NCBI GenBank assembly: GCA_005779345.1
Contig: SXJQ01000087.1
Span: 1-38,341 of the forward strand
Direction of reading: 5' to 3'
Origin: Actinomycetota bacterium
Lineage (GTDB): Bacteria; Actinomycetota; Acidimicrobiia; IMCC26256; PALSA-610
DNA: 38,341 nt
Position 1 is the stretch's first letter. Each line of letters opens with the position of its first letter. The position numbers and the translations under genes are program-made. Shown piece after piece: positions 1-8,151 of the stretch. A model generated the notes under the pieces. The model was not told where the DNA came from. It searched no databases and worked only from the letters and a program-made list of their open reading frames with translations.

Positions 1-2
1 GG

Positions 3-1124
3 GTCGGCGGTGACGAGTTCGCCGTCGTCATGGCCGACCGGCCGGTGGGCGAGATCGCCGCCGTCGCCGAGCGGCTGCTCGAGGCGATGCGTACTCCCGT
101 CGCACTCGGCGACGGTCACGAGGTCGTCGCGTCGGTGAGCATCGGCGTCGCGATCGCGGTCGACGGCGACGACGCGGAGGCGCTGTTCCGCAAGTCGGGT
201 CTCGCCCTGACGCGGGCGAAGGCGCGCGGCCGGGCACGGGTCGAGTGGTTCGACGACGAGATGCGGGCGACGATCGAAGCGCGCGCGGAGATCGAGACCG
301 CGCTCCGCCACGCGATCGAGGCGGCCCGGCCGGGGGCGAGCGAGCTCGAACTCTGGTATCAGCCGATCGTCGACCTCGAAGCGGGTCGCGTGCGCGGCTT
401 CGAGGCGCTCATCCGTTGGCGTCGCGACGGCGAGATCGTCGCCCCCGCGGAGTTCGTCGCCATCGCCGAGGAAACCGGGCTCATCGTGCCGCTCGGCGAC
501 TGGATCCTGAAGGAGGCCGCGGCGCAAGCCGGGCGTTGGCAGCGGATGTTCGCCGACCGACCTCCGACGGTGGCCGTGAACGTCTCGGGCAGTCAGCTCG
601 CCGGCGGCGGCCTTCCCGGCCGCCTGCGTGCGGCGATCACGGCGCACCGCCTCGACCCCGCGCACCTCACGATCGAGCTCACCGAGTCGGTACTCCTCGA
701 CGACATCGACCGAGCGCGCGCCACGCTCGACGAGCTGAAGCAGCTCGGTGTCAATCTCGCGATCGACGACTTCGGTACCGGATACTCCTCGCTCACGTAC
801 CTCCGCCAATTTCCGATCGACGTCGTCAAGGTCGATCGATCGTTCGTCGGCCACCTCGGCGAGGACGAGCAAGACTCGGCGATCGTCGCCGCGGTCATCG
901 CGATGGCGCACGCCCTCGGCAAGCGCGTCGTGTGTGAGGGGATCGAGTCCGCCGAGCAGGTCGCCGGGTTGTTGATGCTCGGCGCCGACGACGGTCAGGG
1001 CTGGTTCTTCGCCAAGGCGCTTCCCGTCGACGAGGCGACCAAAATGTACGCGAACGGTATCGCCGTGAACGGCAGCGACCGCTCGGCGCCTCAGAGCACG
1101 AGATCGGCGAGCGCGGCGAGGTGA
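3..1124 (+). CDS. GGDEF-EAL c-di-GMP turnover protein (5' end lies outside the window)
   Basis: The frame of ORF 30..1124 stays open back to nt 3 and reads VGGDEFAVV (GGDEF codons 6-20). EAL domain blocks are present: GFEALIRW (EAL codons 402-410), IELTES, DDFGTGYSSL, CEGIE, QGWFF. Stop is TGA at 1122-1124. Confidence 0.9.
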   Translation, partial: VGGDEFAVVMADRPVGEIAAVAERLLEAMRTPVALGDGHEVVASVSIGVAIAVDGDDAEALFRKSGLALTRAKARGRARVEWFDDEMRATIEARAEIETALRHAIEAARPGASELELWYQPIVDLEAGRVRGFEALIRWRRDGEIVAPAEFVAIAEETGLIVPLGDWILKEAAAQAGRWQRMFADRPPTVAVNVSGSQLAGGGLPGRLRAAITAHRLDPAHLTIELTESVLLDDIDRARATLDELKQLGVNLAIDDFGTGYSSLTYLRQFPIDVVKVDRSFVGHLGEDEQDSAIVAAVIAMAHALGKRVVCEGIESAEQVAGLLMLGADDGQGWFFAKALPVDEATKMYANGIAVNGSDRSAPQSTRSASAAR

Positions 1125-2209
1125 TCGTCGGCGGTGCCGAGCAAGGCACCCGCGGTCACGAGACGCTTGTAGTACAGGTGGATGTCGTGCTCCCAGGTGA
1201 AGCCGACGCCGCCGAACACCTGGATCGCGGTCGCGCCGAGACGCGGGAGTTCCTCGGCTGCGAACGCTGCGGCCATCATCGCCGCGCGTCGGCCCTCTGC
1301 CGGTTCGGCCGCGTCGAGTGCCCAGCACGCGTAGTAGCCGGCGGCGCGTGCGAGCTCGAGTGCCCGGAGCATGTCGGCGCACAGGTGTTGCACGGCCTGG
1401 AACGAACCGATCGGCCGGTCGAACGCGATCCGTGTCTTCGCATAGTCGACCGCGAGTTCGAGCGCGCGGGCGGCCGCGCCCACCGCGTCGACGACGAGCG
1501 CGGTCGACATCCGGTCGAGAGTCGCCGTGATGCCGGCCTCCGCCGCACCGGTGTCGTGACCGAGTCGCGTTGCCGGCGCGTCGTCGAAGATGACCGTGCC
1601 GGTGGTGCGCGCACCATCGATACCCGGTGAATCGGTCACAGTCACGGTCGGACCCCGGCGGCACGCGTAGGCGCCGATCTCGCCGGAGGGACCGGCCGCG
1701 ACGACGAGGAACAGGTCTGCGACGGCCGCGTCGAGCACGTGCACCTTCGTCCCGCTGATGCGGGGGTCGCCAGTGGTCGAGGGCGTCGCGGTGGTAGCTG
1801 GCGTCGACCAGTCGGTGCGGCGCCCGGGCTCGAACGCGGCGAGGGTCGCGACCTGCGTACCCTCGGCGAGCGTCGCCAGGAGGGCGGCGCGGTCCGACGC
1901 GTTCCCGATCGCGTCGACGAGCGAGATCGCTCCGATCGCCGACGCGAGGTACGGCCCGGGGTACACGGCGCGCCCGCATTCCTCGAGCACCACTGCGGCG
2001 TCGACGAGACCCATGCCGGCCCCACCGTGCTCCTCGGGGGCGAGCAGGCCGACCACACCGAGGGCGGCGAGGCCGCGCCACACCGCGTCGGCACCGACCG
2101 CGGTGCCGTAGTGCTCGCGGACGTAGCCGACGATCGGCGCGCGGTCGGCGAGGTAGCGACGCACCGAGGCGCGGAGCTGTTCCTGCTCGCTCGAGAACTC
2201 GAAATCCAT
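1091..2209 (-). CDS. acyl-CoA dehydrogenase family protein
   Basis: ORF 1091..2479 trimmed to the internal ATG at 2209 (MDFEFSSEQEQLR, a typical ACAD N-terminus). The C-terminal block QVFGGVGFTWEHDIHLYYKR is ACAD-like. The upstream 90 codons are Arg/Ala-rich read-through. Confidence 0.85.
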   Translation of the reverse strand: MDFEFSSEQEQLRASVRRYLADRAPIVGYVREHYGTAVGADAVWRGLAALGVVGLLAPEEHGGAGMGLVDAAVVLEECGRAVYPGPYLASAIGAISLVDAIGNASDRAALLATLAEGTQVATLAAFEPGRRTDWSTPATTATPSTTGDPRISGTKVHVLDAAVADLFLVVAAGPSGEIGAYACRRGPTVTVTDSPGIDGARTTGTVIFDDAPATRLGHDTGAAEAGITATLDRMSTALVVDAVGAAARALELAVDYAKTRIAFDRPIGSFQAVQHLCADMLRALELARAAGYYACWALDAAEPAEGRRAAMMAAAFAAEELPRLGATAIQVFGGVGFTWEHDIHLYYKRLVTAGALLGTADDHLAALADLVL

Positions 2210-2257
2210 GGCGACCGGCCGACTCCCGCGAGCGTTGGTGAGCGGCGTCGAGATTGC

Positions 2258-2271
2258 TGACGCCCGTGTCA
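2258..2271. promoter_or_regulatory. operator-like palindrome TGACG-CCCG-TGTCA (site A)
   Basis: It sits in the 83-bp gap between the divergent ACAD genes, 6 nt upstream of the TACTGT box at 2278-2283. It matches TGACA-N4-TGTCA with one mismatch. Confidence 0.5.
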
Positions 2272-2292
2272 GGAAACTACTGTCCCCGCCGC

Positions 2293-3483
2293 ATGCGACT
2301 CCAGTACGGCGACGCCGAGAACGCCTTCCGGGCCGAGCTGGTCGCCTGGCTCGCCGAGCACACGCCGCCGCGCGAGCTGCTGGAAGCGCCGCGGTTGTCG
2401 AGCGCGCACCTGCCGGACTGGGCCCGCGCCTGGCAGCGCACCTTGTTCGACGCCGGCTGGCTCGTCCCGGGTTGGCCACCCGAGTACGGCGGACGCAACG
2501 CGACCCCCGCGCAGCAGATGATCTACTTCGAAGAACTCAGCGCCCGCGAGATCCCGCGGACCCTCAACCCGCAGGCACTCGGCATCATCGCCCCGTCGAT
2601 TCGCGATTACGGGACCGACGAACAACGCGAGCGATTCGTGTTGCCGACACTGCGCGCGGAGATCGCATGGTCGCTGGGCATGAGCGAGCCGGGCGCGGGG
2701 AGCGACCTCGCGAGCCTCACGACGAAGGCCGTGGTCGACGGCGACGAGTTCGTCGTGAACGGCCAGAAGGTCTGGACGAGCGGTGCGCACCACAGCGACT
2801 GGTGCCTCTGCTTCGTCCGCACCGACCCCGACGCGCCGAAGCACAAGGGGATCAGCGCGCTCATCATCGATATGACCTCGCCGGGGATCGAGTGCCGGCC
2901 GTTCGCGGAGCTGTCTGAACCCGACTTCACCGACTTCAACGAGGTGTTCTTCACCGACGTGCGCGTGCCGCGGGCGAACCTGCTCGGGGCGATGAATGCG
3001 GGGTGGCCGATCACCCAGGGTTCGCTCGCGCACGAGCGGGCGATGCTGTGGATCGACTACGCGTACCTCGTGCAACGCGCCGTGCGGGCGATGCAGTCGC
3101 TCGCCGATCGGCGTGGCCCCGACGGTGGGCGGCTCGGTGACGATGCCCACTTCCGCGATGTGCTCGCCGGGTACTACGTCGACTCGGTGGCGCTCATGGC
3201 GATGGGGTATCGCGGGTTCTCCAAGTTCATGGCCGGCAAGAGCAACCCCGAACACTCGTTGCTGAAGCTCTACGGCTCCGAGACGATGCAGCAGTGCCTC
3301 CTCGCGGCCGTCGAGTTCCTCGGCCCCGAGGCGCTCGACCGCGATGTCGCGGGTCCGCGCATGTGGCGCGAGGGCGGTTGGTCGGTCCAGTACCTCCGAA
3401 GTTTCAGCGGCACGATCCCGGGCGGGACGAGCGAGATCCAGCGCAACATCATCGCCGAGCGTGTCCTCGGTCTCCCGCGCTGA
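2293..3483 (+). CDS. acyl-CoA dehydrogenase family protein
   Basis: ORF 2254..3483. ACAD blocks: WPPEYGG, LGMSEPGAGSDLASL, NGQKVWTSGAH, GGTSEIQRNIIAERVLGLP. Start is taken at ATG 2293 (MRLQYGD), 9 nt after a TACTGT box. Confidence 0.85.
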   Translation: MRLQYGDAENAFRAELVAWLAEHTPPRELLEAPRLSSAHLPDWARAWQRTLFDAGWLVPGWPPEYGGRNATPAQQMIYFEELSAREIPRTLNPQALGIIAPSIRDYGTDEQRERFVLPTLRAEIAWSLGMSEPGAGSDLASLTTKAVVDGDEFVVNGQKVWTSGAHHSDWCLCFVRTDPDAPKHKGISALIIDMTSPGIECRPFAELSEPDFTDFNEVFFTDVRVPRANLLGAMNAGWPITQGSLAHERAMLWIDYAYLVQRAVRAMQSLADRRGPDGGRLGDDAHFRDVLAGYYVDSVALMAMGYRGFSKFMAGKSNPEHSLLKLYGSETMQQCLLAAVEFLGPEALDRDVAGPRMWREGGWSVQYLRSFSGTIPGGTSEIQRNIIAERVLGLPR

Positions 3484-3529
3484 ACGAGCCATTGCGCGGC
3501 GTGAGCGCACGGGTCGGGAGAGGGTGGGT

Positions 3530-4213
3530 TCAGCGTGTCGGCCGCTCGGCGAGCGCTCGGCGCACCGCTGCGACGACCGCCCCTGCTGCCTCGAGGGGCA
3601 AGTAGTGGCCGGCGTCGGCGACCTCGACGTAATGGCCGTCGCGCAGGCTCGCCGCGAGTGTCGCGCCGCGACCTGGCGTGCGGTCGTGCTCGCCGCTCAT
3701 CACGAGCACGCGCCCGGGCCAATCGCGCAGGAACGCCTCGCGATCGAGGCGTGTGTGGAAGGCGTGCACGCCGCGCATGATCGCTGCGATCGGATGGGCG
3801 GCGGCGATGCGCCGCGCACGATCGACCGTGGTCGCGTCGGCGGACGGCCCGAACAGTGGCTCCCAGAATTCGGGCCACGCTCTGTCGATACCCTCCGTCG
3901 CGAGGAGTTCGAGAGCGCGAGCGCGGAGGGCCGGCTCGGGTCGGTGCCCCGGCTTCGCCCCGAGGAGCACGAGCAACTCGACCCGATCCGGGACCATGCG
4001 GGCCATCTCGACGGCCACCGAACCGCCGATGGAGTTGCCGACGATCGTCACGGGTCCGTCGGGGAGCGACTCGACGATCGATCGGGCCCACTCCTCGACG
4101 CTGTCGCCGAGGCCGTACAGCGTGGGCGCGATCACGTCGCCGTCGAACGCATCTCGGAATCCGTCCCACATCGATGCGTCGAGCGGGAGTGCGTGCAGCA
4201 GCACGAGTGTCAC
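3530..4213 (-). CDS. alpha/beta-fold hydrolase
   Basis: 227-aa ORF with a GTG start. It has the VLLHALP N-terminus, the nucleophile elbow GNSIGG, and GEHD and AGHYLP near the C-terminus. It starts 22 nt downstream of the hyuA-like stop on the same strand. Confidence 0.75.
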   Translation of the reverse strand: MTLVLLHALPLDASMWDGFRDAFDGDVIAPTLYGLGDSVEEWARSIVESLPDGPVTIVGNSIGGSVAVEMARMVPDRVELLVLLGAKPGHRPEPALRARALELLATEGIDRAWPEFWEPLFGPSADATTVDRARRIAAAHPIAAIMRGVHAFHTRLDREAFLRDWPGRVLVMSGEHDRTPGRGATLAASLRDGHYVEVADAGHYLPLEAAGAVVAAVRRALAERPTR

Positions 4214-4235
4214 CCGCGGTGGTCCCGGTCGTGCG

Positions 4236-6308
4236 TCACGCCAGGGTCACGAGGGCGTCGCCGGTGGCGGTGATCGTGAGTTCGTCGTCGGGCCCAACGA
4301 CGATGCTCGTGAAGGGCGAGGTGACGATGGCAGGCCCCGTCACGGCGTCGCCGGGTGCGAGGGTGCCGAGGTCGACGATCGCGGTGTCGCGCCAGGCGCC
4401 CTCGATCCACGCCGCCCGCGTGGTCGCGGCCTCGGTCGTCGCAGGTACTGCTGTGGCGCGTACCCCGGCGGGCACCTCGATGCCGACGGCGCCGGTCGCG
4501 ATGACGCGTACGCCGCGCACGATCGGCTCTTGCGCTCGCGCCTCGATCAGGCGCGCCTCCTCGGTGCGGCGGTGGAACTCGTTCACCGCCGCCTCGACGT
4601 GCGCGGCGGTGATCGTCGTGACGTCGTGAGCGACGGGGATCGACGTGTCGAACGTCTGGCCCGGATACACGAGGTCGAGGAACCACTCCTCGCTCCGTCG
4701 TTCGGGCGCGACCCCCGCGTCGTCGAACTCGCGGTGCACCTCGGCGCGGAGTTCCTGGGTCTGGCGGTCGAGCGTCGCGGGGTCGAGGGTCTGCCACGCG
4801 CCGATCGTCGTGCGCGTGCGGTCGATCACGTGATCGGCCTGGAGCAACCCGCACGCGCTGAATCCCGATGCGAGCGCGGGCACGAGTACCCGGCGCATGC
4901 CGAGTGCGCGCGCCTGGGCGACGGCGTGCAGCCCGCCCATCCCGCCGAACGCGACGAGGTCGAGCGAGCGCGGGTCGACGCCCGCGAGGCTCAACACGCG
5001 ACGGATCGCGTCGGTCATGTGCGCCTCGACCAGCCGCACGACGTCGGCGGCGACGACCGTGGGGTCGTCGAGGCCGAGCAGCGCGCCGACCCGCGCCAAC
5101 GCTGCGCTTGCCGCGGCGGCATCGAGCCGGCTGCGGCCGCCCAAGAACGCGTCGGCGTCGAGCCGGCCGAGCGCGAGGTTCGCGTCGGTGACCGTCGGGT
5201 CGGTGCCGCCCTGCGCGTAACAGACGGGTCCGGGCTGGGCCCCGGCACTCCGCGGCCCAACGGTGAGTTGCCCTTGGTCGCTCGCGACGATCGAGCCGCC
5301 GCCTGCACCGATGGCATGGATGTCGACCATCGGGAGCGCGATGCAGTAGCGGTGCCGCCAGTTCCAGTCGGCCTTGAGCTCGGGACGCCCGTCGCGGATG
5401 AGGCAGACGTCGTAGCTCGTACCGCCCATGTCGACGCTGACGACGTCGTGCAACCCAGCAGCGCGCGCGGCACGAGCCGCGGCGACCACGCCACCGGTCG
5501 GCCCGCTGTTGATCGTCGCGACGGCACGACGTGCGATCGAGCGCGTGGTTGCGACGCCGCCGCTGCATGTCGCGACGAGGAGTTCGCGCGTGTAGCCGTG
5601 CGCTGCGAGTCGTGTCAGGAGTCGCTCGAGGTAGTCGACGATCGGCGGTCCGATATAGGCGTTGACGAGTGTGGTGCTCGTACGTTCGAACTCCGGTGGC
5701 TTGGGGAGCACCTCGTGCGACAACGATACGAGCGCGACCTCGGGGTACTCCTCGACCACGATCTCGCGGGCGCGCAGCTCGTGCACCGCGTTGCGATAGC
5801 TGTGCAGGAACACCACGGCGACACTCGTGACGCCGAAGGCGCGGAGTCGACGGACCTGGGCGCGCAGGTGTTCCTCGTCGAGTGCCGTCTCGATCTCGCC
5901 CTCGGCGGTCAGCCGCTCGCGGACCTCGAGGCGCACCCTGCGCCGGGCAATGGGTTCGGGCGGCGGGAACGTCGGGTCCCAGATGTCTTCCTTGAAGCAG
6001 CGCCGGAATTCGATCTCGTCGCGGAAGCCCTCGGTGACGAGCAGCCCGGTGGGAGCGCCGCGCATCTCGATCATCGCGTTGTCGGCCGTCGTGGTGCCGT
6101 GCACGATTCGCGTGGTGGCGGCCAACAGCGACTCGAGCGAACCTGCGCCGAGCACGTCGGTCAGGCGAAGGAGTCCGTCGAGCACGCCCTCGCTCTGGTC
6201 GTGGGGTGTGGTCGGGGTCTTCTCCAACACGACCGTGCCGTCGTCGCCGACCGCGACGCAGTCGGTGAACGTCCCGCCGACGTCGAGTCCGATCTCGTAG
6301 CGGGTCAT
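4236..6308 (-). CDS. hyuA: hydantoinase/oxoprolinase A-type subunit (HyuA family, ATP-dependent)
   Basis: ORF 4236..6998 trimmed to ATG 6308 (MTRYEIGLDVGGTFTDCV, the Hydantoinase_A N-terminal signature). Later blocks: VSVDMGGTSYDV and IGAGGGSI. The start overlaps the upstream gene's stop in an ATGA at 6305-6308. Confidence 0.88.
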   Translation of the reverse strand: MTRYEIGLDVGGTFTDCVAVGDDGTVVLEKTPTTPHDQSEGVLDGLLRLTDVLGAGSLESLLAATTRIVHGTTTADNAMIEMRGAPTGLLVTEGFRDEIEFRRCFKEDIWDPTFPPPEPIARRRVRLEVRERLTAEGEIETALDEEHLRAQVRRLRAFGVTSVAVVFLHSYRNAVHELRAREIVVEEYPEVALVSLSHEVLPKPPEFERTSTTLVNAYIGPPIVDYLERLLTRLAAHGYTRELLVATCSGGVATTRSIARRAVATINSGPTGGVVAAARAARAAGLHDVVSVDMGGTSYDVCLIRDGRPELKADWNWRHRYCIALPMVDIHAIGAGGGSIVASDQGQLTVGPRSAGAQPGPVCYAQGGTDPTVTDANLALGRLDADAFLGGRSRLDAAAASAALARVGALLGLDDPTVVAADVVRLVEAHMTDAIRRVLSLAGVDPRSLDLVAFGGMGGLHAVAQARALGMRRVLVPALASGFSACGLLQADHVIDRTRTTIGAWQTLDPATLDRQTQELRAEVHREFDDAGVAPERRSEEWFLDLVYPGQTFDTSIPVAHDVTTITAAHVEAAVNEFHRRTEEARLIEARAQEPIVRGVRVIATGAVGIEVPAGVRATAVPATTEAATTRAAWIEGAWRDTAIVDLGTLAPGDAVTGPAIVTSPFTSIVVGPDDELTITATGDALVTLA

Positions 6309-8143
6309 CCGCGCGCAGCTCCTGGCCGTGCCGACCGGAGTCGTGCGGTCGTCTCGTGATCGATCGCGAGGTCCATGGCTTCGAGCGATCCGGTGATCGC
6401 CACCCCGTAGTCGCGCGCGGCTCCCTCGATCGACACGTACTCGTCCCACACGTCGTCGAGCACCGCTGCCGGATCGCGCAGGAACGGATCGCCCCATCCG
6501 CCACCGCCGCCGAAGTCGTAGACGAGTTGCTCGCCCGTGGCGAGGAGGTGACGGGCGACCGTCGGCGCGACTTCGACCTCGTGGTCGGTCCCGGCCGCGA
6601 GTACCACACGATCCGGCGCGCCGTTGCGGCCACCGGCGATCCCGGGATGGGTGTGGATGCGGTTCACGACGTACTGATTGACATAGGTCGGGGTCCGCAC
6701 CTCCTTGACGAAATGCGAGCCGCACGCCCCGCGCCACTCGCCGGCGCCGGCCGAGTCGGTGCGGTAGGCGCGACCGCGCAGGAAGTGGGGGAAGAGCACC
6801 TCGTTCAGTTCGGCGCTCGCCTTGATGAGGTTGCCGTTGCTCGCGGCGAGCGCGCCCCAGCCGTCGACGCCGCGGACGCCGTTCACCCAGCCGGCGTTGA
6901 CCTCGCCGCCATGGTCGAAGAACGGTCGGCCCGTGCGCGGGTCGAGGTCGCCCCACATCTGGCGCGGGGCGCCGTACTTGTACGTCTGCGGTGCGCATCG
7001 TTCGGGGATGATCTGCGACATCGCGATCGCGATCGCATCACTCACCTCCACGCCGGGATGGTGGGTCCCCGCGCTCACGGGTTTGCCGACCGGCGGGTTG
7101 ACGCACGTGCCCTCCGGGACCCGCAGATCGATGCAGTCGAAGAAGCCCTCGTTCTTGGGGATCGTCGGGTCGACCATCGATGCGAGCTGGGCGATCGTGT
7201 TGCCGCGCGTGTTGCCGTAGGTGCTCCACGCGTTGATGTGCGGTCGGTCGTCGCTCCCCGCGAAGTCGACGACGAGTCGATCGCCGGCGACCGTCACCGC
7301 GACATGCACGTGGATGTCGGGGTTGCCCGCGGGATCGGCGTCGACGTAGACGTCGGCCTCGTAGGTACCGTCGGGCCACTCGTCGATCGCGGCGGAGAAG
7401 CGGCGGCGCGCTTCGCCGATCGTGTGGTCGATCGCCGCGCGGACGACATCGGCCCCGTGTTCGCTCGCGATCTCACCGAGGCGCCGTACGCCGAGCTGGG
7501 CGGCCCCGATCTGCGCGCGCAGGTCGCCGATGAAGCCGTCGAGGCGGTTGTTCGCCCGCATGGTGAGCACGACATCGCGACGCTCGACGCCACGGTCGAT
7601 GATCTTGAGGAGGGGATAGCGCGTCCCCTCGCTCCAGATATCGGTCGCGAACACGTTGTAGCCGCCCGCGAGCGCGCCGCCGGTGTCACCGTGGTGACAC
7701 TGGATCGACGCAATGACCAACAGCTCGCCGCGATCGTCGAACACCGGCGCGAACACGTTGAAATCCGGGAGGTGTCCGCCGCCGTTGTACGGGTCGTTGG
7801 CGACGATCACGTCGCCGGGCGCGAGTTCGTCGCCGAAGAAGTCGAGGGCGAGCCGTACCGGCAGCGTGCTCGACAACATGAACTGCGGGATCCCGACGCT
7901 CAGGGCGGCGAGCCGGCCGGCGGCGTCGAGGATGGTGGCGTTCCGTTCGTTGCTCTGGTTCAGGATCGGCGTCGTCGCCGTGCGCGACACGTAGGTCGCC
8001 ATCTCGAAGCACACGGTTTCGAATCCCGACCGGATCACCTCGGCGACGATCGCTCCGGTCGGGCCGGTCGGGCCGGTCGCTCCGGCGGCTCCGGTCGGGC
8101 CGGTCGAGTTGGTGGAGCCGGCGGGCGCACGCGGACCTGACAT
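6305..8143 (-). CDS. hyuB: hydantoinase/oxoprolinase B-type subunit (HyuB family)
   Basis: ORF 6305..8161. Hydantoinase_B blocks: NDPYNGGGHLPDFNVF and IQCHHGDTGG. Start is uncertain. I prefer ATG 8143 (MSGPR) because a TATTGT box (plus strand 8151-8156) lies 7 nt upstream; ATG 8161 is the longest option. Confidence 0.85.
   Translation of the reverse strand: MSGPRAPAGSTNSTGPTGAAGATGPTGPTGAIVAEVIRSGFETVCFEMATYVSRTATTPILNQSNERNATILDAAGRLAALSVGIPQFMLSSTLPVRLALDFFGDELAPGDVIVANDPYNGGGHLPDFNVFAPVFDDRGELLVIASIQCHHGDTGGALAGGYNVFATDIWSEGTRYPLLKIIDRGVERRDVVLTMRANNRLDGFIGDLRAQIGAAQLGVRRLGEIASEHGADVVRAAIDHTIGEARRRFSAAIDEWPDGTYEADVYVDADPAGNPDIHVHVAVTVAGDRLVVDFAGSDDRPHINAWSTYGNTRGNTIAQLASMVDPTIPKNEGFFDCIDLRVPEGTCVNPPVGKPVSAGTHHPGVEVSDAIAIAMSQIIPERCAPQTYKYGAPRQMWGDLDPRTGRPFFDHGGEVNAGWVNGVRGVDGWGALAASNGNLIKASAELNEVLFPHFLRGRAYRTDSAGAGEWRGACGSHFVKEVRTPTYVNQYVVNRIHTHPGIAGGRNGAPDRVVLAAGTDHEVEVAPTVARHLLATGEQLVYDFGGGGGWGDPFLRDPAAVLDDVWDEYVSIEGAARDYGVAITGSLEAMDLAIDHETTARLRSARPGAARG
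8056..8109. repeat. six tandem 9-bp units (CCGGTCGGG and variants), in frame in the hyuB 5' region
   Basis: Units: 8056 ccggtcggg, 8065 ccggtcggg, 8074 ccggtcgct, 8083 ccggcggct, 8092 ccggtcggg, 8101 ccggtcgag. On the minus strand they encode STGPTGAAGATGPTGPTGA. Confidence 0.8.
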
Positions 8144-8151
8144 GGATGTCA
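8138..8151. promoter_or_regulatory. operator-like palindrome TGACA-TGGA-TGTCA (site B)
   Basis: Perfect TGACAT/ATGTCA arms centred on the CATG shared by the hyuB and ligase start candidates. It abuts the hyuB -10-like box. Confidence 0.5.

Noticed and set aside
5609-5620. Additional CGTGTCAGGA half-site inside hyuA as a fifth operator
   Set aside because: Only the right half matches. The expected TGACA half 4 nt upstream is absent (TGCGA), and the site is deep inside coding sequence, so it is probably a chance match.
3678-6359. 893-aa plus-strand ORF (and the 807-aa ORF at 4210..6633 minus) overlapping the hyuA/hyuB region
   Set aside because: The translations are Arg/Gly/Asp/Pro-rich and low in complexity, with no recognisable motifs. 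They lie antisense or out of frame to genes with strong family signatures. These are typical shadow ORFs of GC-rich DNA.
8056-8109. GPTGPTG repeat as a collagen-like protein gene or CRISPR-like repeat
   Set aside because: There are only six 9-bp units with no spacers, and they lie inside or at the 5' end of a HyuB-family gene. That is too short for a collagen-like domain and it is not a CRISPR array.
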